Positions 8,421 through 17,863 of a stretch of DNA of 64,000 nucleotides are shown piece by piece. Within the stretch, counting starts at the first letter, position 1. Each line of letters begins with the position of its first letter. The notes under the pieces were generated by a model. The model was not told the DNA's origin and ran no database searches. It saw only the letters and a list, made by a program, of their open reading frames with translations. Origin of the DNA: Pirellulaceae bacterium (lineage in GTDB: Bacteria > Planctomycetota > Planctomycetia > Pirellulales > Pirellulaceae). Both the position numbers and the translations under genes were made by a program. The DNA is taken from the NCBI GenBank assembly GCA_963734865.1, contig CAVTIV010000022.1, positions 74,432-138,431 on the forward strand, in the 5' to 3' direction.

Positions 8421-10267
8421 TTGCCCATCGGAAGAACCGGCTGCGATCCGCTTGGGCGTGTACGCTGGTTGCGATCTGTATTGGTTCATCATCCTTCGCG
8501 GATCCTCCCAAGATGCTTTTCCAGGAGGGCACGATCAAGGATCCGGGAGCGGCCAGCGGCTCTCGAAGCGCTTTCGCCATCATGCGTCTGCCAGATGGAA
8601 GCTTTGCGTTCTACGATCGTTATGAACCCGAGAACGGGCCATTAACGCTGCCCGATGCCCAGCACCAGTTGCACGAATTGTTGCCTCACCTGCCGTCGCA
8701 GATTCTGCGAAGTAAAAGAATCATCACCAGCGGTGTGCTCAACAATACGCAAGTGATCCTGACGAGGGACAACGAAGTCAAGAGTGTGACCGTCCGCAGT
8801 GAAAGTCTCGACAAACAGTCCGCGGCCCGAGTGGGGCTGCCTCGATATCTGAACGTTTGGATTCAACGAGCGAACTTGAAGGAAGTCTTTGATCCGCTCA
8901 TGACTTGGCGCGGCTACAACGGCTCGCAGATGGAATACCAGCAGCTATCCTGCGGACGACTGCTCGTGCCTCATGGCAGCTTCAAGCCTCATGCGCGGGC
9001 CATTCCGCCCACGGGTCGGCATGAGACGGTCATTGAATACTCCGACGACGGTGGCACCACGTGGCAGTTAAGCAACTCACGACTGATCGCACCCTGTTAT
9101 CCGGGGTTCAATGGCTCGAATGAGGGCGCGTGTGAGCCGGCTTTCGAGGAATTGGCAGGTGGCAAAATATGGATGCTGATGCGAACCCAGGCAGGTTTTC
9201 TGTACGAATCTTACTCAGACGACCAAGGGAGGTCGTGGACACCGGCCCGCGCCAGTCGCTTCAATACTTCGACCGGACCTCCGAACATCATGCGTCATTC
9301 CAACGGCTGGCTCGTTCTCTGTTGGAACAATTGCGAAATGCCGCCAAGGGATGAGGGCGAAGGTGTCTACGGCGGGCGAGATGCCCTGCACATCGCCGTG
9401 TCGGCTGACGATGGCAAGACCTGGCGAGGCTTTCGAGAAATCTATTTGGATCCTCGACGCAATGACAATCCCGCGAAGTCGGGTGACCGGGGCACCGCGT
9501 ACCCGCTGGGCGCTTCCACGAGTGACGGAAAGCTGGTTGTTCTTGCAGGACAGGGCGAGGGTGGCCGCAATCCCATCCTGATCGATCCGGAATGGATTGT
9601 GGCGACCGAGGCGGAAACCGACTTTTCGGATGGTTTGCGGCAATGGTCCGTCTACAAACACTACGGTCCGGCGAAACGCTGGTGGCGAGCACGCGCGGAA
9701 GGTTGCGCATTGATCGCCAACCCGACCGCTGCAGATCATCAGTGCCTGAGTATTCGCAAACCGGATGAGCTTCCGGCCGACGGTGCCACCTGGAACTTCC
9801 CGAATGGCTGGAAGGGTTCGTTGGCCGCCAGGATCATGATCCGCGAAGGATTTCATGGCGGCGTCATCTGCCTGAACGATCGAATGTTCGATCCGACCAA
9901 TGCTCTTGGTGAGGAGTTTGCGGTCTTTCGGGCAGAGATCGGAGCCGATGGATCGGTTGGCGATGCAAAGCTGATTGCGGAAAAGTGGGGCACCGTCAGG
10001 TTCGATTGGGATCTCAGCAGCGAGACTTGCCGTTTGTCGGTGGATGGCCAAGATGCGGGCGAACTGGTTCTTCAGCATCCGACGCTCAACGGGCTGTCCT
10101 ACCTGCGTCTGCGTTCAGCGGCCAGTGAGCGTGACACAGCCGGTTATTTGGTCCAGCGCGTGCATGTCTCGATCAGCGACCCGTACGCAGTTGCCTGCAG
10201 CCCCGATGACCAATTTGCCCACGAGCAACGTTACATCCAAAGAATGGTTCCGCTCTGGAGTCAGTAG
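8417..10267 (+). CDS. Secreted BNR/Asp-box beta-propeller protein with a C-terminal beta-sandwich-like extension
   Basis: ATG 8417 overlaps the upstream TGA (ATGA, 8417-8420). Signal-like AWACTLVAICIGSSSFA. Asp-boxes YSDDGGTTWQLS, SDDQGRSWTPA and SADDGKTWRG. Confidence 0.8.
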   Translation: MIAHRKNRLRSAWACTLVAICIGSSSFADPPKMLFQEGTIKDPGAASGSRSAFAIMRLPDGSFAFYDRYEPENGPLTLPDAQHQLHELLPHLPSQILRSKRIITSGVLNNTQVILTRDNEVKSVTVRSESLDKQSAARVGLPRYLNVWIQRANLKEVFDPLMTWRGYNGSQMEYQQLSCGRLLVPHGSFKPHARAIPPTGRHETVIEYSDDGGTTWQLSNSRLIAPCYPGFNGSNEGACEPAFEELAGGKIWMLMRTQAGFLYESYSDDQGRSWTPARASRFNTSTGPPNIMRHSNGWLVLCWNNCEMPPRDEGEGVYGGRDALHIAVSADDGKTWRGFREIYLDPRRNDNPAKSGDRGTAYPLGASTSDGKLVVLAGQGEGGRNPILIDPEWIVATEAETDFSDGLRQWSVYKHYGPAKRWWRARAEGCALIANPTAADHQCLSIRKPDELPADGATWNFPNGWKGSLAARIMIREGFHGGVICLNDRMFDPTNALGEEFAVFRAEIGADGSVGDAKLIAEKWGTVRFDWDLSSETCRLSVDGQDAGELVLQHPTLNGLSYLRLRSAASERDTAGYLVQRVHVSISDPYAVACSPDDQFAHEQRYIQRMVPLWSQ

Positions 10268-10358
10268 CTTCGGCAGTCGATCGCGGCGCCTGCTATGCTC
10301 TTGGATGCCCGATAAACGCTCGAATAGAACCGTGTGTCGCAGGCATTTGGAGAAATCG

Positions 10359-12729
10359 ATGATGAAACACAGTCGCGCGCACCTGGTGACGCTGCTATTC
10401 CTGGTTACCGCTCACGCGTTCGCAGCCGATCCCGACGCGGCGATCGAAATCGGTGCGCGACGCGAACTGTTTGTGGATCGGTATTTGATTCAAAGTCTCG
10501 ATGGCGCGGAGTTGCAGTTGCATCATCCACAACCACGCGAGATCGCGCTCGTCCATGATTCGCCCTGGGAAGGAACCGGATCCGGTTATCACAGCATCTT
10601 TCGGGACGGCGACTTGTACCGAATGTATTACAAGGCATGGAATCTCGAGGTAACGCCCGACAAATTGAGCACTCGCTCGCCCTTGTACTGTTGTTATGCG
10701 GAGAGTGATGATGGCATCCACTGGCGCAAGCCAGATTTGGGGCTGCACGAATTCGATGGCTCGACGAAGAATAACATCGTGTTGGTGCCGGAAACCTACG
10801 GTCAGGCTGTCTCCGATCCCGGGCATTGCGCCGTGTTCAAGGACGACAACCCTGACGCAGGCGCGGACGCTCGGTACAAGGCAATCATCCGCGCCAAGAC
10901 GCCACATGGACTGTTGGCGTTGAAATCGCCCGACGGTTTCCATTGGACGTCAATCAGCGACCGCCCGGTGATTACCGACGGCGCATTCGATTCGCAGAAT
11001 CTTGCCTTCTGGGATTCAGGGAGTGGCCAATACCGAGCTTACTGGCGGTATTTCACCGCAGGCGTGACCAATGGTGACGAGTGGAAGCCCGGCGGCGTGC
11101 GGGCGATTCGAACGGCCACGTCAAAGGACTTCGTGAGTTGGAGCGATGGCAGTGATTTGGTCTACGTCGATTCACCAACAGAACAGCTCTACACGAACCA
11201 GATCAAGCCTTACCATCGAGCTCCGCATCTCTTGATCGGTTTTCCGACGCGCTACATCGATCGCGGCTGGTCGGATTCGATGCGAGCGTTGCCTGATCCG
11301 GAGCGCCGCCAATGGCGTGCGCGGGCGGAGCAGCGATATGGCACGGCGCTGACCGAGGCGTTGCTGATGAGCAGCCGTGATGGAGTGACATTCCATCGTT
11401 GGAATGAGGCATTCTTGCGTCCAGGCATCGAGCGACCGGGCACATGGCATTACGGCCAACAGTACGTTGCCTGGCACGCCGTCGAAACGGCATCGTCGTT
11501 CGAGGGGGCTCCCAATGAACTTTCGCTCTATGCCTCGGAAGGTTACTGGCATGGAAAAGGGAGCCAATTGCGACGATACACGCTGCGGCTGGATGGCTTC
11601 GCTGTCTGCCTCGGCAGGTTGGAACGGCGGCCGGCTATTGACTCGGCCTGTGATCTTTGACGGCGAACGATTGGAAATCAATTTTTCCACATCTGCGGCC
11701 GGTTCGCTGCGAGTGGAACTTCAAGATGTTGCCGGAAAACCAATCAGCGGATTCTCGCTTGCCGATTGCCCGGAACACTTCGGTGACTCGGTAGCACGAC
11801 CGGTCCGCTGGAGCGGTGATGGCGATCTTGCCCTGCTGGCTGGGTCGCCGGTACGGTTGCTTTTTGAGTTGAAGGATGCCGACTTGTATTCGTTTCAGTT
11901 TGTTTCAAAACCAAATCCATCCGTCGAAGCTTTCCAGCTCGATGCAGAAATGCGCCGCCGCTGCCTGGGCGTGCTTCGGGAAGCGATGCGTGCGGATGAT
12001 TTTTGGCCGGCGATTCATGCTGCCGAAGCATTGACATTGGCTGGCCAAGGCGAAGAGGTACGCGAGTTTTTGACGCCGAAGTTGAAAGCCGAGACCGACG
12101 ACCAAAAACGCTGTGGTCTGGCACGAGAACTCGTTCGCGCGGGGGACCGCGATCAGAGCGGTGTGATGATGGACATTCTTCGCAGTGCGGATCCTCATGG
12201 CCACGTGCACGCCGCCGAAAGCCTGTACAAAGTTGGCTGGGTCGGAGACGGCAAGCCGCTGGAATCAGCATTTGCCCAAAGCGACAACGTCCGACTGAGA
12301 ATCATGGCGGCTGCGGCGCTGGCAAAATATGGACAGGGCACGACGCGGACCGACGCCTTCGCTTTGCTTCGCTCGATTCTTCGCCACGAAGCTGACCCGG
12401 AGGTCTTTCGCCTTGCCGCATGGGTACTGGCCAGAATTGGCACGAGCGATGACGTCGCACTGATCAGGGATCGGCGCGATGACACGGACGACCAGCTCGT
12501 GTTGGCTTTTCTCGAGCACGCACTTGCGGCGCTGGGTGATGCGGCAGGACGAAAGGCCCTGATCGGCAATCTTGAATCGTCAGATCCCGCCATCCGTACT
12601 TATGCGGCCGTGTTTGCGGGGGAGTCGACCATCGTGGATGCGGCGCCGCTGCTGATTCGACAGCTGGAAGACGAAAACCGTGATGCACGCATTCGCGCGG
12701 CACAAGCCCTGCTCGTGCTGGCACAATGA
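10359..12729 (+). pseudogene. Secreted beta-propeller glycoside-hydrolase-like protein whose C-terminal domain runs on into a HEAT-repeat domain; frameshift near 11595-11605
   Basis: GGAG then ATG 10359 and signal MMKHSRAHLVTLLFLVTAHAFA. ORF 9975-11660 (f3) ends ...RRYTLRLDGF. Frame 1 (ORF 11404-12729) continues SLSASAGWNGGRLLTRPVIFDGERLEINFSTSAAGSLRVELQD...LKDADLYSFQF. About 270 aa of HEAT-like helical repeats follow (AIHAAEALTL..., IRTYAAVFAG..., ARIRAAQALL). Confidence 0.6.
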
Positions 12730-12817
12730 ACTTGGAACGGTGAAACCCCTAGGCTGCAAATGGACTACCGCAACGTCGCCATGCTCCGCCCGACCCTGCT
12801 GACCGAAACGAGCACCC

Positions 12818-13780
12818 TTGAATAGCATTCGTGACGCCCAGTTACAAGTTCGCAAATTTGGCGGACACGGCACAGCTCCCCGTCTTTTGATTACGGCGGG
12901 TGTGCACGGGGACGAATACCTGCCGATGTTGGCGGTCAAGGATCTTATCGGACGGTTCGAAACGAATGGACCACTGCGGAGTCAACTCCGTGGCACTTTG
13001 GTGTTGATCCCCGTCGTCAATCGACCTGCCTATCTGCTAGGTCGCCGCTGCGGAGACGATCAATTGGATCTGGCCCGCTGCTGTCCGGGGCAGGAACATG
13101 GAAGCCCGACCGAACAAATTGCCTTCGCATTGAGCCGGCAGATTCAAGACGCAGATTTCTACATTGACTTGCATACCGGAGGGACCGAGTTGTGCGTGCT
13201 TCCGCTCGCCGGATATGTACTCCACCCTGACGCGACTGTTCTCGAGCAACAGCGCAGACTCTCTGCCGCTTTTCAGCTTCCGTTGCTTTGGGGAACCTCT
13301 GCCCAGTTGCAGGGACGCTCCCTTTCGGTCGCTCGCGATGCCGGAATTCCTGCGATCTATGTAGAGTACCTGGGCGGCCATCGCGAATTGAGCGAAGTCG
13401 CGTCGGGGGTGATGCACTCAGGCCAATCCGATCATCCTCTGGTTGCGGGATGCCTGAACGTGATGCGACATCTCGAAATGATTGACGAATCAGAACGGTT
13501 GGTGGTGGAGCAAGAAGTGATCGAAGATTGGCGACCGGGTTCAGGACACCTGCAGATTTGTAATCCCGCTCCGGCGACCGGATTCATGAGATCCAACGTG
13601 CGACTTGGCCAACAAGTTTCTCGTGGTGAGCTGCTCGCGAACATACTCTCCGAGAGCAAAGATAGAATCGATGCTGTCGAATCTCGGCAGGAGGGAAAGG
13701 TGGTGGTGGTGCGAGACTATCCCAGGATCAAGCAGGGTGACTGCGTTGCGGTCATCGCAGAACGATTTGAGGCGAGATGA
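12818..13780 (+). CDS. Succinylglutamate desuccinylase/aspartoacylase (AstE/AspA) family zinc deacylase
   Basis: LLITAGVHGDEYLPMLAV (HxxE zinc site) and FYIDLHTGG. TTG start at 12818. Confidence 0.7.
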   Translation: MNSIRDAQLQVRKFGGHGTAPRLLITAGVHGDEYLPMLAVKDLIGRFETNGPLRSQLRGTLVLIPVVNRPAYLLGRRCGDDQLDLARCCPGQEHGSPTEQIAFALSRQIQDADFYIDLHTGGTELCVLPLAGYVLHPDATVLEQQRRLSAAFQLPLLWGTSAQLQGRSLSVARDAGIPAIYVEYLGGHRELSEVASGVMHSGQSDHPLVAGCLNVMRHLEMIDESERLVVEQEVIEDWRPGSGHLQICNPAPATGFMRSNVRLGQQVSRGELLANILSESKDRIDAVESRQEGKVVVVRDYPRIKQGDCVAVIAERFEAR

Positions 13781-14841
13781 GCGTTTGGAGTTGGGCGAAT
13801 CGATTCTCTCCGGCAATACCGGCGGAACTGCAGACTTCGCTGGGCGAGGGAGGTACGCCGTGCATTGCGTCCCGTTCGATCGGTCTCTCTCTCGGCATCC
13901 GGCAACTTTATTTCAAACTTGAAATGACCAATCCGAGCGGCTCGTACAAAGATCGGTTTGCAGCCCTCGCCATCAGCTACATGCGTGCCAATGGACAACA
14001 CACTTGCCTGGCGACATCGAGCGGCAATACGGGGGCGGCTTTGGCAGCGTATTGCGCCGCTGCACGCATCCGATGTCTCATTGCGGTCGTCGAAACAGCG
14101 CCGCTGGCCAAGCTGCAACAGATGATGGCATACGGTGCAGAGATCCAGCGTGTTCGCAGCTTCGGTGTCGACGCAGCGACCACGCGGCAGGTCTTTGAAA
14201 GATTGCAGCAGCAGGCGCGATCCCCCGGGATTGCGATGCAGGTTAGCGCCTATCGATGGAGTCCGTTGGGGATGCAGGGAGTCGAAAGTATCGGCTGCGA
14301 ACTGGTCGACCAATTTTCCAGAGAAGTGGGTCACGTGTTTTGTCCAGCGGGAGGCGGTGGATTGACCTTGGCGCTAGCCCGCGGACTTCGCGGTTCCGGA
14401 GGCAGCGGCGCCGTGCACTGTGTCCAGCCCGAGGGGAACGACACGATGGCGGGGCCACTGCGCGAGGGACTCGACCTTGCCCGCGATGTGCAGTGCAAGA
14501 CGAAGATCAGCGGCCTGCAGGTTGCCAATGTGATCGACGGCGATGAAGTGATCGCCGCCTGCCGGCTGTCGGGCGGAACAGGATACACAGTGTCCGACCA
14601 AGCGGTTTTCGCTGCGCAGAAACGGCTCGCTCGCGACGAAGGGATTTTTTGCGAGCCCGCCGGCGCAGTCGCCTTGGCTGGAGTCATCCGGGCGGTCGAG
14701 CGTGGAGAGGTCGATCCCGAGGCTCGTGTGATCTGTTTGGTTAGCGGGTCTGGCTTTAAAGATGCGGACTCAATTGAAAGGATGAATGCGGACTGCGAAT
14801 GCCCGCTGGTCAACGTCGATGTGATGGGGTTAAAGACCTGA
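13777..14841 (+). CDS. PLP-dependent enzyme of the tryptophan-synthase-beta (PALP) superfamily (threonine synthase/dehydratase or cysteine synthase-like)
   Basis: ATG 13777 overlaps the upstream TGA (ATGA). PLP-lysine motif KLEMTNPSGSYKDRFA, then SSGNTGAALAAYCA and glycine-rich CPAGGGGLTLA. Confidence 0.75.
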   Translation: MSVWSWANRFSPAIPAELQTSLGEGGTPCIASRSIGLSLGIRQLYFKLEMTNPSGSYKDRFAALAISYMRANGQHTCLATSSGNTGAALAAYCAAARIRCLIAVVETAPLAKLQQMMAYGAEIQRVRSFGVDAATTRQVFERLQQQARSPGIAMQVSAYRWSPLGMQGVESIGCELVDQFSREVGHVFCPAGGGGLTLALARGLRGSGGSGAVHCVQPEGNDTMAGPLREGLDLARDVQCKTKISGLQVANVIDGDEVIAACRLSGGTGYTVSDQAVFAAQKRLARDEGIFCEPAGAVALAGVIRAVERGEVDPEARVICLVSGSGFKDADSIERMNADCECPLVNVDVMGLKT

Positions 14842-14851
14842 GAAACCTGCA

Positions 14852-15360
14852 GTGTTGTTTGGGCAGTACCACCGCCCGATGATCGATTGTGGAATGTTCA
14901 CAAGCGAGAACTCGCCGAATGTCGTCAACGATGACGAAGGCGAGGTTGACAATTCGGCTTGTCCCGAGATCAAAGTCAATATCTCCATGTCTTTGACCGT
15001 GCCAAAGGATGCACCCAAAGCAGTGCCCGCTCTGATGAGCTTTGGATGCACGCCGTTTGAGCCCTCGCCGTTCTACTTTGGAGGACGAGGTGGCCGCGGC
15101 CGCCCTCGCCCCGCCTCACGCGACGACAAGCTGATTGCGGCTGAGTGGGGTTGTGCTAATTTGAATCCGACGACGGTTCAAGACGGTGCGGTCGACTTCC
15201 AAGACAATCGCCTTGGAGGAAACGCCAACGCGGATACAACGCCGATCGGCGCAGGCTTAACTCGCGGTATCATCCGCTTGGCGAACCTTGGCCAGCCGCG
15301 CAGGCCGGATGATTGGGGTGCACTGCGTGCGTGGGGCTGGAGTGCGATCGGTGACAACGA
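14852..15360 (+). pseudogene. Internal fragment of a glucuronoyl/acetyl-xylan-esterase-like (CE15-like) alpha/beta hydrolase
   Basis: LTVPKDAPKAVPALMSFG...AGLTRGIIRLANLGQPRRPDDWGALRAWGWSA matches the middle of this esterase family as I recall it. There is no signal peptide and no catalytic G-x-S-x-G segment. The ORF tail overlaps the convergent FkbM gene. Confidence 0.45.
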
Positions 15361-15361
15361 T

Positions 15362-16174
15362 TTAGCGTTCGAGCGGCGGGCTGACGTACTTTCGATTTTC
15401 GTTGGCAACCGTTTGTGATAGATACACCAACATTCCCAAATTGGCTCGCTGCACAACCGCGCGGATCAAATAGAAGTTTTTCGAGAGCATCCGGTCGATC
15501 TCACGTCGATCGGCTTCGCAGTGATACTCGACATAGATCGCGTCGATTCGATCGAGCCAGTCACCAAGATCGCTCAAGATCGGTACTTCGCAACCTTCGG
15601 TGTCGAGTTTCAGAATCGAAATCCGCGGGACAGAGAGCGACTGCAATTCCACTGACGCGCGTCGCAGCGTGATCGTTTCGGTTCGCTCGCTCGTTTCGGC
15701 GTGTGCGACGACCGAGCTCTGTGCGGCGTGGTGCCGTCCAACGTACAGTTCAGCTTGGCAGTCTCGGTCAAACATCCCGATCTGCTTCGTTTCGATGTTC
15801 TCGATTTCCGCAGTGTTCTCGCGGAGAAACTCGAATACGCTTGGGGATGGTTCATACGAGACGATCCGCGCGCTGGGATAGTGATGATGAAACCAGATCG
15901 CGGCCGCACCCACATTCCCGCCGGCATCAATGATCGTCTCGGCCTGGAAGTCCGGTGGCAAACAGATCGGATACTCGCGGCCTTGAAACACGCTGGCCAG
16001 CACCTGCTTCATCGCTGGTGAAAACGGATACTTCACGGTGTACCAGCGATCGTCGAGTTGAACTTGCAGCGTCTTGGTGGGCCACATCGCGGAATCTTTG
16101 GCATGAATATCAATGGTATCGTTGGTGAGGATCTTACTCTCACGGCTTACGGCGTTCATCAGCGACCAACTCAA
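15362..16174 (-). CDS. FkbM-family SAM-dependent methyltransferase
   Basis: IIDAGGNVGAAAIWF (SAM-binding glycine motif) and ILKLDTEGCEVPIL (FkbM signature). TTG start at 16174 or ATG at 16159. Confidence 0.8.
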   Translation of the reverse strand: MSWSLMNAVSRESKILTNDTIDIHAKDSAMWPTKTLQVQLDDRWYTVKYPFSPAMKQVLASVFQGREYPICLPPDFQAETIIDAGGNVGAAAIWFHHHYPSARIVSYEPSPSVFEFLRENTAEIENIETKQIGMFDRDCQAELYVGRHHAAQSSVVAHAETSERTETITLRRASVELQSLSVPRISILKLDTEGCEVPILSDLGDWLDRIDAIYVEYHCEADRREIDRMLSKNFYLIRAVVQRANLGMLVYLSQTVANENRKYVSPPLER

Positions 16175-16596
16175 AGCCGCGTGCGTACCTCAAAAATGCT
16201 GAACGCACGTACCCTCGCGGTGGCGAGTTTCCCTTGTTTGGGCTCGATGAAATCTTCCTGCACTCCCGCTCGAGCGTGTGCACACATTCGTCGACGGGGC
16301 GGGATATAATCGCCCAGTGGCAAGTGATGTTGCGAGGGTAAATGGCAGATCATGGCAATTACGTGTGCGGCAGCACATCGTCATTCGCCAATGAGGGGTG
16401 TGATCGGTCGGCATTTTGTGAAGGAAGCGGGAAGGTTTTTCCGTGTTAACGGGTGTTCCCAAGCGCTGAGTCAATCGAGGAATTGATTGGTGATTGCTTG
16501 CCCTGGTCGTGCTGATGCTGCACGAGCGTAGGCGCGGCAACGAATCGGCGAAGACATGAATCCTGCGGATGTCACTCCACATCTGGACCAGCACGC

Positions 16597-16983
16597 ATGT
16601 TTGGAAAACGCTCGAAAGTCAAGCAGTCTCGTACTCGTAAATCCCGCCATCAGTATCAGGCGACTCGACGCAAGCGACTGTTGCTCGAAACGCTCGAAAG
16701 CCGAAGGCTGCTGGCGGTCGTCAACTGGGACGGCGAGGGTGACGGTACGTCATTCCTTGATCCGCTGAATTGGGATACCGACTCAGGTTCCCACCGCGGC
16801 CGACGACGCGATCATCAACGTCGCCGCATCGGATCCAACCATCAACGTTGCAGGCAACGCCAGTGTCAACAGCTTGGTAACCGACGAAGCAATTACGTTC
16901 AGCGGAGGAGCTTTTACCGTAAGCACGACGGCCCAGGTGAACGCACAAGCAACGATCAGCGGCGCGACGATCGTAGGAGCTGA
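16597..16983 (+). CDS. Giant-gene fragment: N-terminus (sensible reading only to ~16786)
   Basis: MFGKRSKVKQSRTRKSRHQYQATRRKRLLLETLESRRLLAVVNWDGEGDGTSFLDPLNWDTDS. After GG at 16786-16787 the homologous reading (VPTAADDAIINVAAS...) is in frame 2. Confidence 0.7.
   Translation: MFGKRSKVKQSRTRKSRHQYQATRRKRLLLETLESRRLLAVVNWDGEGDGTSFLDPLNWDTDSGSHRGRRRDHQRRRIGSNHQRCRQRQCQQLGNRRSNYVQRRSFYRKHDGPGERTSNDQRRDDRRS
16684..16716 (+). other. LETLESRRLLA N-terminal motif
   Basis: Preceded by a strongly basic stretch. From memory, this motif recurs at the N-termini of large planctomycete extracellular proteins. Confidence 0.6.
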
Positions 16984-17863
16984 ATTCACCGGATCAGGTT
17001 CATTGCAAGTGACCAGCGCCGATGGGACTCTGGATGGTGTGACGCTGGGTGTGGATACGACGCTCAATAACGGCGCAATCGTGACGGTCAGCGGCGGCTT
17101 GATGCTGGACAACAGCACGCTGCGTCTGAATCACAGCACCAACAGCGGCAACTTTGACCAGTATGTGCAGCTGAACTTTGCCGGCGGCGTGCAGACCCTC
17201 GGCGGGACCGGGACGGTCGAACTGGTCAACAACCGCAACGACGGCTACTCGGAGCACGTCCGCTTGCGTCCGACCGCCGGCGGTGACCTGACGATCGGTG
17301 CGGGGATCACGATCAAGAATCTTGCCAGTACTTACTTCTCGGTGATCGGGGATGCGGGGCTGCCGCTTTTGATCGAGGGGACGATCATTTCGCAGAGCAC
17401 GCAGTCAAGCAACTACTCGCTGCAGGTGACCGGCTCGAGTGTGACCAACAGCGGGACGCTGCAAGTCGATACGGCCGAACTGGATGTCAACGGCCTGAGC
17501 GGGAACCTCGGCAACGTGGTGATCAACGGCGGCGACCTCGATCTGGACGGGACGTACACGGTCAGCGATCTGGTCACTGTTCCCGATGGGGGCAGTCTGA
17601 CGCTGCGCGGTGACTGGAACAACGCCAGCACGATCGATCAGACGACCGGCAGCACGGTTTATCTGGGGAGCACGTTCACGGTCGCCGATCTGGGGACGTT
17701 CACCGGCGACGGCGGCTCGGCGGTGATCTTCGGGACGCTGGAAGACGACGGGGTGACCCCCGCCGACACACTGACCATCGATGCCGACCGAAGCTGGTAC
17801 CTGTCCGGCGCGACGGTGCAGGGGATGTTGATCGACGGTGATCCCGGGCGCTGCTGCAAGTGA
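16874..17863 (+). CDS. Giant-gene fragment: repeat family R1, unit 1
   Basis: LQVTSADGTLDGVTLGVDTTLNNGAIVTVSGG...NFAGGVQTLGGTGTVELV...TIDQTTGSTVYLGSTFTVADLGTFTGDGG. The frame is open upstream to ~16787. Confidence 0.7.
   Translation: MVTDEAITFSGGAFTVSTTAQVNAQATISGATIVGAEFTGSGSLQVTSADGTLDGVTLGVDTTLNNGAIVTVSGGLMLDNSTLRLNHSTNSGNFDQYVQLNFAGGVQTLGGTGTVELVNNRNDGYSEHVRLRPTAGGDLTIGAGITIKNLASTYFSVIGDAGLPLLIEGTIISQSTQSSNYSLQVTGSSVTNSGTLQVDTAELDVNGLSGNLGNVVINGGDLDLDGTYTVSDLVTVPDGGSLTLRGDWNNASTIDQTTGSTVYLGSTFTVADLGTFTGDGGSAVIFGTLEDDGVTPADTLTIDADRSWYLSGATVQGMLIDGDPGRCCK

Noticed and set aside
9215-10078. 287-aa minus-strand ORF; also 53271-54059 (+, 262 aa), 33974-34753 (-, 259 aa) and 40463-41302 (-, 279 aa)
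   Set aside because: Each lies antisense within a gene that has clear family motifs on the other strand.
16190-16594. 134-aa minus-strand ORF in the FkbM/giant-gene spacer, and a TATAAT hexamer at ~16305
   Set aside because: The ORF has no RBS or recognisable family. The hexamer has no acceptable -35 partner at 16-18 nt, and planctomycete promoter consensus is not established.
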